From: a virus
Reading direction: 5' to 3' (one strand)
Length of the DNA: 64,000 nucleotides
IMG/VR virus record: IMGVR_UViG_3300033145_002224
Coordinates: 1-64,000 of that record
In this document: piece by piece, positions 17,388 to 26,419 of the stretch
Layout: each line of letters opens with the position of its first letter
Position numbering within the stretch: the stretch's first letter is position 1
Translations under genes and position numbers: made by a program
Notes under the pieces: generated by a model
The model's database searches: none
What the model was told of the DNA's origin: nothing
Seen by the model: only the letters and a program-made list of their open reading frames with translations

Positions 17388-17573
17388 ATGAATAAGAAAC
17401 TTAAAAGTGATATAAAAGCAATAATATTTGGTATATTTTTTATTATTTGGTTAATAAGCCTTATATACTCCGTAGCAAAAATTACTTATGCCCATGAAAA
17501 TAAAATGAAAGCTACAGTATCCAAGAACGAATGTAATCAAAATATAGAATTATTATTAAAGTGTTGTAAATAA
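17388..17573 (+). CDS. Small membrane protein
   Basis: Single TM helix. Confidence 0.55.
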   Translation: MNKKLKSDIKAIIFGIFFIIWLISLIYSVAKITYAHENKMKATVSKNECNQNIELLLKCCK

Positions 17574-17585
17574 AAAAAACAAGAT

Positions 17586-17754
17586 ATTGTTTTTTGAATG
17601 CTGATGTGCCATTCAACCTGACGAGGGGTCATAACAACGAGGTTACGCCGTTGAGTTCTAGCTAGACAAAATACGGCCTCTGAAATGTAGTGTCCGGGTA
17701 CTCTATCTCGTGAGTTAATTTCAATCTCGGAACATCAGCATTTAGTAAATAATT
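17586..17754 (+). ncRNA. Stem-closed intergenic RNA element B
   Basis: AATGCTGATGT...ACATCAGCATT stem; flanks shared with the element at 33.2 kb. Confidence 0.5.
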
Positions 17755-17768
17755 TATAAATAAAATAT

Positions 17769-18101
17769 ATGATAATAGCTTTTGATGTTGACGATACATT
17801 GATAATACCCAAAATAATATTTGATACAAATCAAGATATACCTAACTATGAAACCATAGCTGTTTATAGGTGGTTTCAGAAACAGGGGCATAGAATGATT
17901 ATTTGGTCTGGTGGCGGTGTTGATTATGCAAAAATGTGGGCTATAAAACTTGGTTTAAACCCTAACGAAATTAGGATTAAACAAAAAAGTGATGATATAG
18001 ATATAGCTTTTGATGATTGTATAGTTGATTTGGCTAAGGTGAATATTCAAGTAAAAAGATTAAAAAATAATATAAACCGAAAAGAGTGGAATAAACATTA
18101 A
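17769..18101 (+). CDS. HAD-superfamily phosphatase (capless)
   Basis: IAFDVDDTL, IWSGGG, IAFDD. Confidence 0.8.
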   Translation: MIIAFDVDDTLIIPKIIFDTNQDIPNYETIAVYRWFQKQGHRMIIWSGGGVDYAKMWAIKLGLNPNEIRIKQKSDDIDIAFDDCIVDLAKVNIQVKRLKNNINRKEWNKH

Positions 18102-18108
18102 CTAATAA

Positions 18109-18387
18109 ATGAAAAATAGAAAAGACACAATTAAAAAAGACAAATTATTATTACAGTGTGATTGCCTGGGCGGCCATTTTATGCAATGGTTGAAATTTTG
18201 GGATGAGCAAGGTGATGAGGGTTGGGAACCAGAAATGTATGTTTGTTTTTTCGGGACAGATATTAGTCCGTTTTGGCGTAGAATAAAGATAGCTTGGACA
18301 ATAATTAGATATGGGGAGTGGGAAAATGATGGTATCTTATTGAATCATGAATTACACAAACTTAAGGAGTGGTTAAAAGATAAATAA
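18109..18387 (+). CDS. Hypothetical phage protein
   Basis: CDCLGGH...FWRRIKIAW. Confidence 0.65.
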   Translation: MKNRKDTIKKDKLLLQCDCLGGHFMQWLKFWDEQGDEGWEPEMYVCFFGTDISPFWRRIKIAWTIIRYGEWENDGILLNHELHKLKEWLKDK

Positions 18388-18496
18388 TAATAATGAAACT
18401 AACTAAGGCAGAAAAAAGAGAGAAAAAGAAAAGACGTAAAATGAAAGTAAGTGGAAATAGCGTAAAACAATTATTAAAAATAATTAAAAAATAAGC

Positions 18497-18841
18497 ATGG
18501 AAAATAAACAAAAAGAAGAGCTTTATAACATTTTAAAGGACCCAAACGATAAATTAATAGCTGTTGATTTAGATGGAACACTCTGTGAGGGTGTGTTTTG
18601 GGGTGATGGAGACCCAAGGCCATTAATACATCGTATTAAATATTTTAATAAACTATATAAAAGGGGTGCTCACATAATAATTTATACAGCTAGACAACCC
18701 AAGTGGTTACCAGAAACACAATCCTGGCTTGATAAACATGAAGTTATGTACCATGGAATAATGATGCAAAAGAAACCTGGGGCAGATTTATATATAGATG
18801 ACTTAGCACTTAATATAAATGATTTAGATATAAAAGAATAA
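18497..18841 (+). CDS. HAD-superfamily phosphatase
   Basis: AVDLDGTL, IYTAR, KPGADLYIDD. Confidence 0.85.
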   Translation: MENKQKEELYNILKDPNDKLIAVDLDGTLCEGVFWGDGDPRPLIHRIKYFNKLYKRGAHIIIYTARQPKWLPETQSWLDKHEVMYHGIMMQKKPGADLYIDDLALNINDLDIKE

Positions 18842-18846
18842 TAAGG

Positions 18847-18875
18847 TTGATTATATAGATATGGTATGGTATGAT
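18847..18875 (+). promoter_or_regulatory. Internal promoter in front of the endonuclease gene
   Basis: TTGATT-17 nt-TATGAT with an extended -10 TG. Confidence 0.5.
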
Positions 18876-18899
18876 GGGAGTATAATTATTAAATAAAAA

Positions 18900-19367
18900 A
18901 TGATGCTTTCAAAAGAATTACAAATTGGAAAAGCAGGAGAACATCTTGTTTGTTATGATTTGATAAGACAGGGTTATAATGCTTTCTTGTCAGACCAGGG
19001 ATTACCCTTTGATATAATTGCTGAACAAAAAGGTATTTTAAAAAAAATTCAGGTTAAAACAACACAAAAATTATTTAGTTGCGGTAAAATTAAAAATATT
19101 TATCGCTTTGGATTAAGGAGAGCTAAAAATAAACAAGGGAGATTAAAAGAAGTTGATTGTGATTATTATGCATTTGTTGCATTAGATATAAAAATTATTG
19201 CCTATATCCCGATGAAAAAAATGTATGGTCGTAATAATAAATTGAAATCTACGATGGATTTTAAAAGTAGAAATATAAAATATTTTGGTCGTACATATCC
19301 AAACGGAACGGTTAGAAATCCCGATTGGGGTAAATGTTTACAAGATTTTAATAAATTTAATTTTTAA
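18900..19367 (+). CDS. Free-standing PD-(D/E)XK endonuclease (group I intron-associated type)
   Basis: IGKAGEHLV...PFDII...IQVKT...DYYAFV. Confidence 0.85.
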   Translation: MMLSKELQIGKAGEHLVCYDLIRQGYNAFLSDQGLPFDIIAEQKGILKKIQVKTTQKLFSCGKIKNIYRFGLRRAKNKQGRLKEVDCDYYAFVALDIKIIAYIPMKKMYGRNNKLKSTMDFKSRNIKYFGRTYPNGTVRNPDWGKCLQDFNKFNF

Positions 19368-19368
19368 T

Positions 19369-19987
19369 ATGCAAAAGAAAGGAAAAACGGTCGGCGTGAA
19401 CAGTGGAAAAAAATATTCCATTATTTACGCCGACCCGTAATCCGCCTTGGAAATATAATAGTCGGGCAAATCATAAAACTAGGTTTAGGGGAGGGGCATG
19501 TGGTCATTATAATTTAATGACTATGGATGAAATAAAAGCATTACCAGTCCCAACATTAGCAGCCAATAATTGTGTTTTATTTCTATGGACAACATTCCCT
19601 TACCTTGAAGACCAGATAAAATTATTTAAACATTGGGGCTTTAAATATAAAACACTGGGGTTTAGTTGGATAAAGACCAACTCTAAGAGCGGTACTCCAT
19701 TTTTTGGTGTAGGATATTATGCAAAAAGTAATTGTGAGGTTTGTTTGATGGGTATTAAAGGAAAAATGAAACCAGTATCGAATAAGGTTTCATCTGTTAT
19801 AATTTCACCCAGAAGAGAGCATAGTAGAAAACCAGATGAAGTAAGAGAAAAAATTGTAGAATTATTTGGTAATTTACCACGTATAGAATTATTTGCCCGT
19901 GATAAAACTCCCGGATGGGATTATGTAGGTAACGATATTAATAATGAAGATATTAATATTTCGATAAAAAAATTAATAAAAGCATAA
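19369..19987 (+). CDS. MT-A70-family N6-adenine methyltransferase, interrupted inside the DPPW motif (recoded or pseudogene)
   Basis: Frame 0 from ATG 19369 reads KKYSIIYADP-stop; the +1 frame continues PPWKY...HYNLMT...LFLWTT...WGFKYKT...EHSRKPD...IELFAR. Confidence 0.85.
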
Positions 19988-19989
19988 GT

Positions 19990-20871
19990 ATGGAAAACAA
20001 CAACTTTAAAAGAAAAACACCATTATTTTCAATTATAATTCCTTCGTGGTTTACACCGGGACAAAATGGGAGGTGGGGCGAAAACGAAACATTTTGGTTT
20101 GCGGCTAAATGCTTAGAACGTTTGTTCGAAGTAACTAAGGGTAATTTTGAATTAATAATCATTGATAATGGTAGTACATTATCAGACAAAGAAGTTCTTG
20201 GTAACCATTATTGCTATACTGTTAGTGAATATTTTTCATTAGCAGATATTCTTATTCGTAATCAAACCAACTTAGGGTTCGGACCAGCCTGTAATCAAGG
20301 GTTCTATTTAGCCAGGGGAGAATATATAATTTGTTTGAACAATGATTTATTACTTTGGAATAATTGGGTTGATGCACTCATAGAACCATTTAATAATAAA
20401 AAATTGGATCCACCGGCTGGAGTCGTTATGCCAGCACTAGTAAATAATCTTAGAGATGCTAATGAAGCTCTAAAATTAAGAACTGTTGATTTGAGCCAGA
20501 ACTACGACGCACTTGGTCCTCATGCTGAATTTGGGAGTTTATGGTGTACCACTAAAGAAATAATGGAAGATGTTAAAATAAATGGATATGTCTTTGATGA
20601 AAGATTTACAAAAGCATTTAAAGAAGATCGTGATTTATGGAGAAGAATTAGATTATTAGGTAAAGAAACATATCGTACTCATAAAAATAGAGTGTATCAT
20701 TTGGGTAATCTTAGCATAACAAAATTAGAAAATAGGAAACAATATACAATCCCTAACAGAATTTATTTTGAAAAATTATCAGAAAAAGAATGTGATGGGA
20801 CAATATTATCAGAAAAGGAAAAAGATATATTAAGATTAGAAGCACAACAAGAATATGAACGTGATAAATAA
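19990..20871 (+). CDS. Glycosyltransferase family 2
   Basis: FSIIIPS, ELIIIDNGS, NLGFGPACNQG, LNNDL, EDRDL. Confidence 0.9.
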   Translation: MENNNFKRKTPLFSIIIPSWFTPGQNGRWGENETFWFAAKCLERLFEVTKGNFELIIIDNGSTLSDKEVLGNHYCYTVSEYFSLADILIRNQTNLGFGPACNQGFYLARGEYIICLNNDLLLWNNWVDALIEPFNNKKLDPPAGVVMPALVNNLRDANEALKLRTVDLSQNYDALGPHAEFGSLWCTTKEIMEDVKINGYVFDERFTKAFKEDRDLWRRIRLLGKETYRTHKNRVYHLGNLSITKLENRKQYTIPNRIYFEKLSEKECDGTILSEKEKDILRLEAQQEYERDK

Positions 20872-20890
20872 TTTAAAATAAATTTAATAT

Positions 20891-21142
20891 ATGACAAAAG
20901 TTAAAGAACCAATTTCATTAAATGAATTAGCAAAAGAACTTGGCTTGTCAAAATCTGCGCTAACATATTATACGTCAATGGGTTTACTTGAGCCGGTCAT
21001 GCTGGTTAGTAAAATGCGTGTCTTTGAAAAGAAAGACGCCTTACGTATAATTAAAAAAATTCAAGAAGGTAAAAAAAGCGGTTTATCATTAAAAGAGATC
21101 AAATCATCTTTAAATGAAACAAATAACAAAAGAAAAAACTAA
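20891..21142 (+). CDS. MerR-type HTH DNA-binding protein
   Basis: SLNELAKELGLSKSALTYYTSMGLL...GLSLKEIK. Confidence 0.85.
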   Translation: MTKVKEPISLNELAKELGLSKSALTYYTSMGLLEPVMLVSKMRVFEKKDALRIIKKIQEGKKSGLSLKEIKSSLNETNNKRKN

Positions 21143-23738
21143 ATATTTCGAATACTTATTTGCATTTGATTACAGTTTGGATATTCTTGAGTTTTGTAGA
21201 CACCTCAAAAAGAAACATGGATTTCGTCATTTTGGTTATGTCCCAGAAAAAAAGGCTTGGGGATTCAATAACTCAACAATTATTGATGAAATTAAATCCA
21301 GGTATAGTGATGCAGCTATTTCATCAGACGCTACAAACGCATCTGAACAGGCGAAATTAGAACTAGCAGCTGATGAACTCTTAGTTAAAAACGTGAATCG
21401 TATTAAGCGTGCGAAGACTTCAAACATCCAAATCAAAGGACTTAAAAAAGAGCTTTACCCATATCAAAAAGTAGGGGTTGAGTTTTTTGTTAGTGCTAGA
21501 GGAAGAGCCGTCCTGGCTGACGAAATGGGCGTTGGTAAAAGTATACAAGCTATTGCATATACCATACATCAAGAATTTTCAAGAACATTAATTATAGCAC
21601 CAGCGAGTGTAAAATATTCTTGGGAAGCAGAGATTAAAAAGTGGACTAATTTAAAAACCTGTGTAATAGATAGTAAAACAAACCTGGAACAAGCGCTATT
21701 AATTGATTATAATATTTATATAATCAATTATGATATATTAAAAAAATTCTATAATCAACTTAGATTTGCCAGATGGGATTGCCAGGTAGTAGATGAATGT
21801 TTTACTGATAAAACAGAAATTTTAACAGATGAAGGATTTAAACAATTTAATAAATTATCAAAAAAAGAAAAAATAGCCCAATGGGATAATGGAAATATTT
21901 CTTTTGTTAAACCATTAAGATATATAGAAAGAGATCATAGTGGTGAAATAGCAATGTTTAGAGTAAAAAATAATATTAATGTCCCTATGACATTAGGGCA
22001 TAATCAAATTTTAATAAATAAATCTACAAGTAAAGTAATCAAAAAACCAATATCTAAATGTAGTTTTAATAGTGGTTGGTTACTTCCAATTTCTGGTTTA
22101 TCTACGATAAAGAGTAAAAAATTATCCTCACTAGAAAGAATGTACATTGCGATACAGGCAGATGGATCAATCCACGGTGTTTTTAAAAATCATGTTACTA
22201 TAGCATTTTCTTTCAAAAAGAAAAGAAAAATAATTAGAATAAAAAAATTAATAAAAGAAACCAACCTAGAATGGTCTGAAGTAAAACCTGGCCGTGGCGC
22301 ATCTGTTAGATTGATGGTAAAAATGCCACTTGGGACAACAAAGGATATAAGAAACCATATTAAATATCCCATGGGTGCAGAAAAGGCCAGGGAAATTATA
22401 GAAGAAATGGTTAATTGGGACGGACACAGGACTTGCACTGGTAATCAATATTATTTTTCCTCTAAAGATAAGAATCAGGTTGATTTTTATGCTCAAGTTG
22501 CTATTTTAGCGGGGCATAGATGTTACCAAAGTATTCAAAAAGATAATAGAAAAGAAAATTATTCTGATATATATAGACTTTATATTTCGATTAATAAGAG
22601 AGTGGTAGGTACTCAGGGGTGTTTTGTTAAATCATCTTATTATAATGGAAAAGTTTACTGTGTGGAGGTTCCATCTGGGGCGATCATAGTAAGACATAAT
22701 GGATATATTTTTATTAGTGGTAACTGTCATTATATTAAGAATCAAAAAGCGATTAGAAGTAAGATGGTAAAAGGTATAGGCGCTGTTATACCACATATAT
22801 TATTATTATCAGGAACACCAATGCTGTCCAGGCCGGTTGAACTATATAATGGTTTAAACTTATTAGACCGAAGTAGGTGGAATAACTGGTATGATTTTTC
22901 TGTTCGTTATTGTAACGGTCATCAGGGAAGGTGGGGCTGGGACACCAAGGGCTCTTCAAATATACCTGAATTAAGACAAAAGATAGAAAGATATTTCTTG
23001 CGAAGAACCAAGGAAGAGGTTCTACCAGATTTACCAGAAAAACAATATATAGACCTGCCGATTGAACTTTCACCAGAAGAAAGAAAAAACTATAATTTTG
23101 TAGAAGAATCTTTTGTAGATTATTTAAGAGAAATCAAGTTAATGAAAGATAAAGATATTAAACGTAGTATGCAGGCTGAAACACTTGTTAAATTAAATGA
23201 GTTACGTCAAATCACTTCCAGGGGTAAAATAAAGCACGCAGAAGAAGTTATCCAAAATATAATTGACAGTGGACAAAAAGTAGTAGTATTTTCGGTATAT
23301 AATGAACCATTAATACACCTTAAGGAAAAGTTCGGTGAAGATGCTGTCATGCTTATAGGGAATATGTCTGGACCTGAGCGACAAAAGATGATAAATAAAT
23401 TTCAAGAAGATTCTAATGTTAAAGTATTTCTTGGTGGCACGAAAAGCGCCGGTGTGGGTATTACGCTAACTGCTGCTTCAAATGTTTTATTATGCGATTT
23501 TCCCTGGAATCCAAGTGACATGAGACAGGCGATTGATAGATGTCACCGGATAGGTCAAAAAAACTCAGTTTCTATTTATCAATTATATGCAAGAAATACA
23601 ATAGATCAGTATATGAGAGAATTAATTGACGATAAACAAAAAATATTTAATGAATTAATTGAGGGAAAAATTGAAGAAACAAAACAAAAGGGGATTAATC
23701 TTGTAGCTAATGTAATACGAAAAATAGAGGAAAAATAA
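21114..23738 (+). CDS. SNF2/HARP-like (SMARCAL1-type) helicase with an intein
   Basis: LYPYQ, LADEMGVGKS, DE/CH, LSGTP, LRRTK, GVGITLT, QAIDRCHRIGQ. Confidence 0.93.
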   Translation: MKQITKEKTKYFEYLFAFDYSLDILEFCRHLKKKHGFRHFGYVPEKKAWGFNNSTIIDEIKSRYSDAAISSDATNASEQAKLELAADELLVKNVNRIKRAKTSNIQIKGLKKELYPYQKVGVEFFVSARGRAVLADEMGVGKSIQAIAYTIHQEFSRTLIIAPASVKYSWEAEIKKWTNLKTCVIDSKTNLEQALLIDYNIYIINYDILKKFYNQLRFARWDCQVVDECFTDKTEILTDEGFKQFNKLSKKEKIAQWDNGNISFVKPLRYIERDHSGEIAMFRVKNNINVPMTLGHNQILINKSTSKVIKKPISKCSFNSGWLLPISGLSTIKSKKLSSLERMYIAIQADGSIHGVFKNHVTIAFSFKKKRKIIRIKKLIKETNLEWSEVKPGRGASVRLMVKMPLGTTKDIRNHIKYPMGAEKAREIIEEMVNWDGHRTCTGNQYYFSSKDKNQVDFYAQVAILAGHRCYQSIQKDNRKENYSDIYRLYISINKRVVGTQGCFVKSSYYNGKVYCVEVPSGAIIVRHNGYIFISGNCHYIKNQKAIRSKMVKGIGAVIPHILLLSGTPMLSRPVELYNGLNLLDRSRWNNWYDFSVRYCNGHQGRWGWDTKGSSNIPELRQKIERYFLRRTKEEVLPDLPEKQYIDLPIELSPEERKNYNFVEESFVDYLREIKLMKDKDIKRSMQAETLVKLNELRQITSRGKIKHAEEVIQNIIDSGQKVVVFSVYNEPLIHLKEKFGEDAVMLIGNMSGPERQKMINKFQEDSNVKVFLGGTKSAGVGITLTAASNVLLCDFPWNPSDMRQAIDRCHRIGQKNSVSIYQLYARNTIDQYMRELIDDKQKIFNELIEGKIEETKQKGINLVANVIRKIEEK
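21798..22724 (+). mobile_element. Intein (309 aa) with LAGLIDADG-type endonuclease, inserted in the Walker B DExH motif
   Basis: DE|CFTDKTEILT ... VYCVEVPSG...ISGN|CHYIK; MTLGH block B; IQADG and NWDG endonuclease blocks. Confidence 0.92.
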
Positions 23739-23747
23739 GGGTAAAAA

Positions 23748-23790
23748 GTTATCCACTTGACAAGTGTCAAATAATTTGCTAGACTGACTA
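23748..23790 (+). promoter_or_regulatory. Class-1 promoter
   Basis: GTTATCCACTTGACAAGTG, 17-nt spacer, TAGACT. Confidence 0.75.
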
Positions 23791-23885
23791 TATATGTTAA
23801 CAACTTAATAAAATATTAATAAATTGGTAAATATTAATTAAACGAGACAAGCATCATATGTAACGATTAATTAATATAATATAAA

Positions 23886-24506
23886 ATGGAATTAGACAAA
23901 AAGGGATTAAAGGAGAGTTTTCTTTCTACCTTAATGAGCACAAATCGTCCAGGTATCGAAAACCTGTGTGTATATCTGGATGAACAATGTGACTTCTTTA
24001 AGGCTCCAGCATCAACCATCTTCCACACCAACTACGAGGGAGGTCTCGCCCATCACAGTTGGTTAGTGTACCAACTCCTTAAGGAGAAGATAGAACACTA
24101 CGGTCTAGACATAGAGTCTAACACAATTGCTATCGCTGGCTTATGCCACGATTTATGCAAGATAGATTTCTATATCCGGGCGAGAAAGTGGAAGAAAGAG
24201 AATGGAAAATGGGTCGAATATGAAACCTGGGAAGTCGATGACAAGTTCCCAGCTGGCCATGGTGAGAAATCTGTTTTCGTGTTAAATAAATTCATTCAAC
24301 TGACAGACGAAGAGATTCTCGCAATTAGGTGGCATTTATCATTTTTCGACCCAGGTGCCCATTTTAATTATCCATCAGGATTTCCATTAAGAAAGGCTAT
24401 GCGTGAACAGTCATTAGTAACGCTATTATTTACAGCCGACCTTGAATCATCAAGTCTTGTGGAATATAATGATAAATTATTAAAAAAGTATACAAGTAAA
24501 AGTTAA
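23886..24506 (+). CDS. HD-domain phosphohydrolase
   Basis: APAS..FH..YEGGLAHHS, LCHDLCK, GHGEKS, AIRWH, TAD. Confidence 0.88.
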   Translation: MELDKKGLKESFLSTLMSTNRPGIENLCVYLDEQCDFFKAPASTIFHTNYEGGLAHHSWLVYQLLKEKIEHYGLDIESNTIAIAGLCHDLCKIDFYIRARKWKKENGKWVEYETWEVDDKFPAGHGEKSVFVLNKFIQLTDEEILAIRWHLSFFDPGAHFNYPSGFPLRKAMREQSLVTLLFTADLESSSLVEYNDKLLKKYTSKS

Positions 24507-24527
24507 TTAATATAATAAATATTTATT

Positions 24528-25160
24528 ATGACAAAACAACCAAACATCTTTGATGATGAAAACAAGGTAATGAGCAAATTCTTTGACTTTAAGGAGGTGG
24601 GTGACCAAGTCCAAGGGACTTATATTCGTAGAGTAGAAGTAGACAATGATCGTTTTCGTGGTAATTGTTACAACTACGAAATTAAAACAGCAGAAGGAGA
24701 AATCTGGGTAGTTAATGGGGGGAAGGAAAAGAAGGGCGTACTTGATTCTAATATGAACTCTGTCACACCTGGTCAAATCGTAGGCTTTAAACTCGTAGAA
24801 CTACGGGATACTGGCAAGGTTAATAAAGCCAAAATAATTGAGGTTTTCGCTAACGCTAAATTAATCGATGAAGACTGGCTACAAAAACAAGAGGAACTTA
24901 AGTCTGGAGAAGAAAGCGCTAAAGAGGAAGAGGTAAACGCGACAGAAGAAAATGCACCAGCAGAATCAGAGGAACCGGCACCAGCTGCTAAAGTTCCAAC
25001 AGATAAAGTATCTGCCATTCATGAATTAGCCAAGCAAAAACTCGGTGTTATCAAAGCAGAAGAGGTAAAGGATAAAGTAATGGAAACTACTACCCTGGCC
25101 TTTCTACCAGCTAATTTAGATGAAATTATTGCTAAATTAGAAGAAATGCCTAATAAATAA
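24528..25160 (+). CDS. Putative OB-fold ssDNA-binding protein
   Basis: FFDFKEVGDQVQGTY beta-rich N-domain and acidic linker; recombination gene context. Confidence 0.45.
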   Translation: MTKQPNIFDDENKVMSKFFDFKEVGDQVQGTYIRRVEVDNDRFRGNCYNYEIKTAEGEIWVVNGGKEKKGVLDSNMNSVTPGQIVGFKLVELRDTGKVNKAKIIEVFANAKLIDEDWLQKQEELKSGEESAKEEEVNATEENAPAESEEPAPAAKVPTDKVSAIHELAKQKLGVIKAEEVKDKVMETTTLAFLPANLDEIIAKLEEMPNK

Positions 25161-25199
25161 TCACAACTTAATATAATTAATTATGAAATGTAAAAAAAT

Positions 25200-26081
25200 A
25201 TGAAAAAAAATTCAGTCATGCAGGGAACGGTTAAGAAAATGCCATTAAAAATGGTTACACCAGACCCTGAACAACCAAGACAGTCTTTTGATGACACAGC
25301 ACTCAAGCAATTATCAGACTCAATATCCGACAAGGGTATGATGCATCCAATTACAGTAGAACCCAAATTAAAGGGCAAGTATATGATTGTAGACGGTGAA
25401 AGACGCTTTCGTGCTGCAAAGCGCTTAGGTCTTACATCCGTACCAGTCAATGTACTTAGTAAAAGCCTGGACGAAGCAGAACGTAATATAATTAGGTTCC
25501 AAATCCAGGAGAACCACCAACAGTGGTCAGTATTCGAAAAAGCAGAAGCTATGTATGCGCTAAAAAATGCATTAGGTCTTAGTACCGCAGAATTAGCAAG
25601 GTCTCTTAGTATTATACCATCTACAGCACAGAACTATATGAATGCGTTATCTTTCCCAAAGAAAGAAAGACGTCTAGCTATTGAGATGAAAATTCCATTC
25701 GTATATATCATGGCATTATCTAACATGCAAAACATTATGCCAAAAGAGATTGAAAAGGACTACCCAGATTATCTAGTAAGAGTTCTTAAAAAGTATAAAG
25801 CAGGCTATATACGCAACGATAAAGAACTTCGTGTAATCAATCGGCTTATTAAAGCCGGAGCATATGATGTAATCCGTAAATTTTTCAAGAAATTAGACTA
25901 TACCGCAATTCAAGCAGAGATGGATTCTGATTACGTAAAGGATCGTCATGTAGATAGTGTGATTAATCGCGCTAAATGCCTCTTACGTGACATACGTGTT
26001 CTTAAGAAAAACAAACTAAAGGTCAATAAAATTGGAACAGCAGTCTTCGATGAATTGGTCGAAGAGATATTGAGCGTATGA
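25200..26081 (+). CDS. ParB/Spo0J-family protein
   Basis: PDPEQPRQSF, LSDSI..KGMMHPITV, IVDGERRFRAA, QENHQQ plus HTH. Confidence 0.92.
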   Translation: MKKNSVMQGTVKKMPLKMVTPDPEQPRQSFDDTALKQLSDSISDKGMMHPITVEPKLKGKYMIVDGERRFRAAKRLGLTSVPVNVLSKSLDEAERNIIRFQIQENHQQWSVFEKAEAMYALKNALGLSTAELARSLSIIPSTAQNYMNALSFPKKERRLAIEMKIPFVYIMALSNMQNIMPKEIEKDYPDYLVRVLKKYKAGYIRNDKELRVINRLIKAGAYDVIRKFFKKLDYTAIQAEMDSDYVKDRHVDSVINRAKCLLRDIRVLKKNKLKVNKIGTAVFDELVEEILSV

Positions 26082-26416
26082 AAGTAATTTGCGACGAATT
26101 CACTGTCGAGGTATTCGACACAGATATCGAACGTAAGGTTAGGGAGATTATTCTTAATCTTTCATTCGATAAAAAACAAAAGGATAAACCAAGAGAAACA
26201 ATCAAAAAACCAGTAGCAGCACCAAGAAATCATTGGTCTGAGGAAGATGAAGATATATTGGTCGAACTTTTCGAAGAGGGTTGGTCGGGTCTTCAAATAG
26301 CGGATCGTATGAAACGTACGTTCTCAGCTATTAGTAATCGTCTTTGGATTCTCCGTAGAGATGGAAGAATAAAATCTGGCCTTGGTATAACAAAGCAAGA
26401 GAAAAAGGAAAATTAA
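26078..26416 (+). CDS. Myb/GcrA-like HTH protein
   Basis: WSEEDEDILVELFEEGWSGLQIADRMKRTFSAISNR. Confidence 0.7.
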   Translation: MKVICDEFTVEVFDTDIERKVREIILNLSFDKKQKDKPRETIKKPVAAPRNHWSEEDEDILVELFEEGWSGLQIADRMKRTFSAISNRLWILRRDGRIKSGLGITKQEKKEN

Positions 26417-26419
26417 ATT

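Noticed and set aside
17617-17710. Hammerhead-like words CTGACGA...GAAA in element B
   Set aside because: Could not build convincing stems I and III around a cleavage triplet
18900-19367. Group I intron around the PD-(D/E)XK gene
   Set aside because: No intron core elements seen and the flanking genes are not two halves of one gene
19403-19441. ORF-track GTG start giving MEKNIPLFTPTRNPPW
   Set aside because: The start lies inside a strong hairpin and lacks the conserved KYSIIYAD strand, which is present in the other frame
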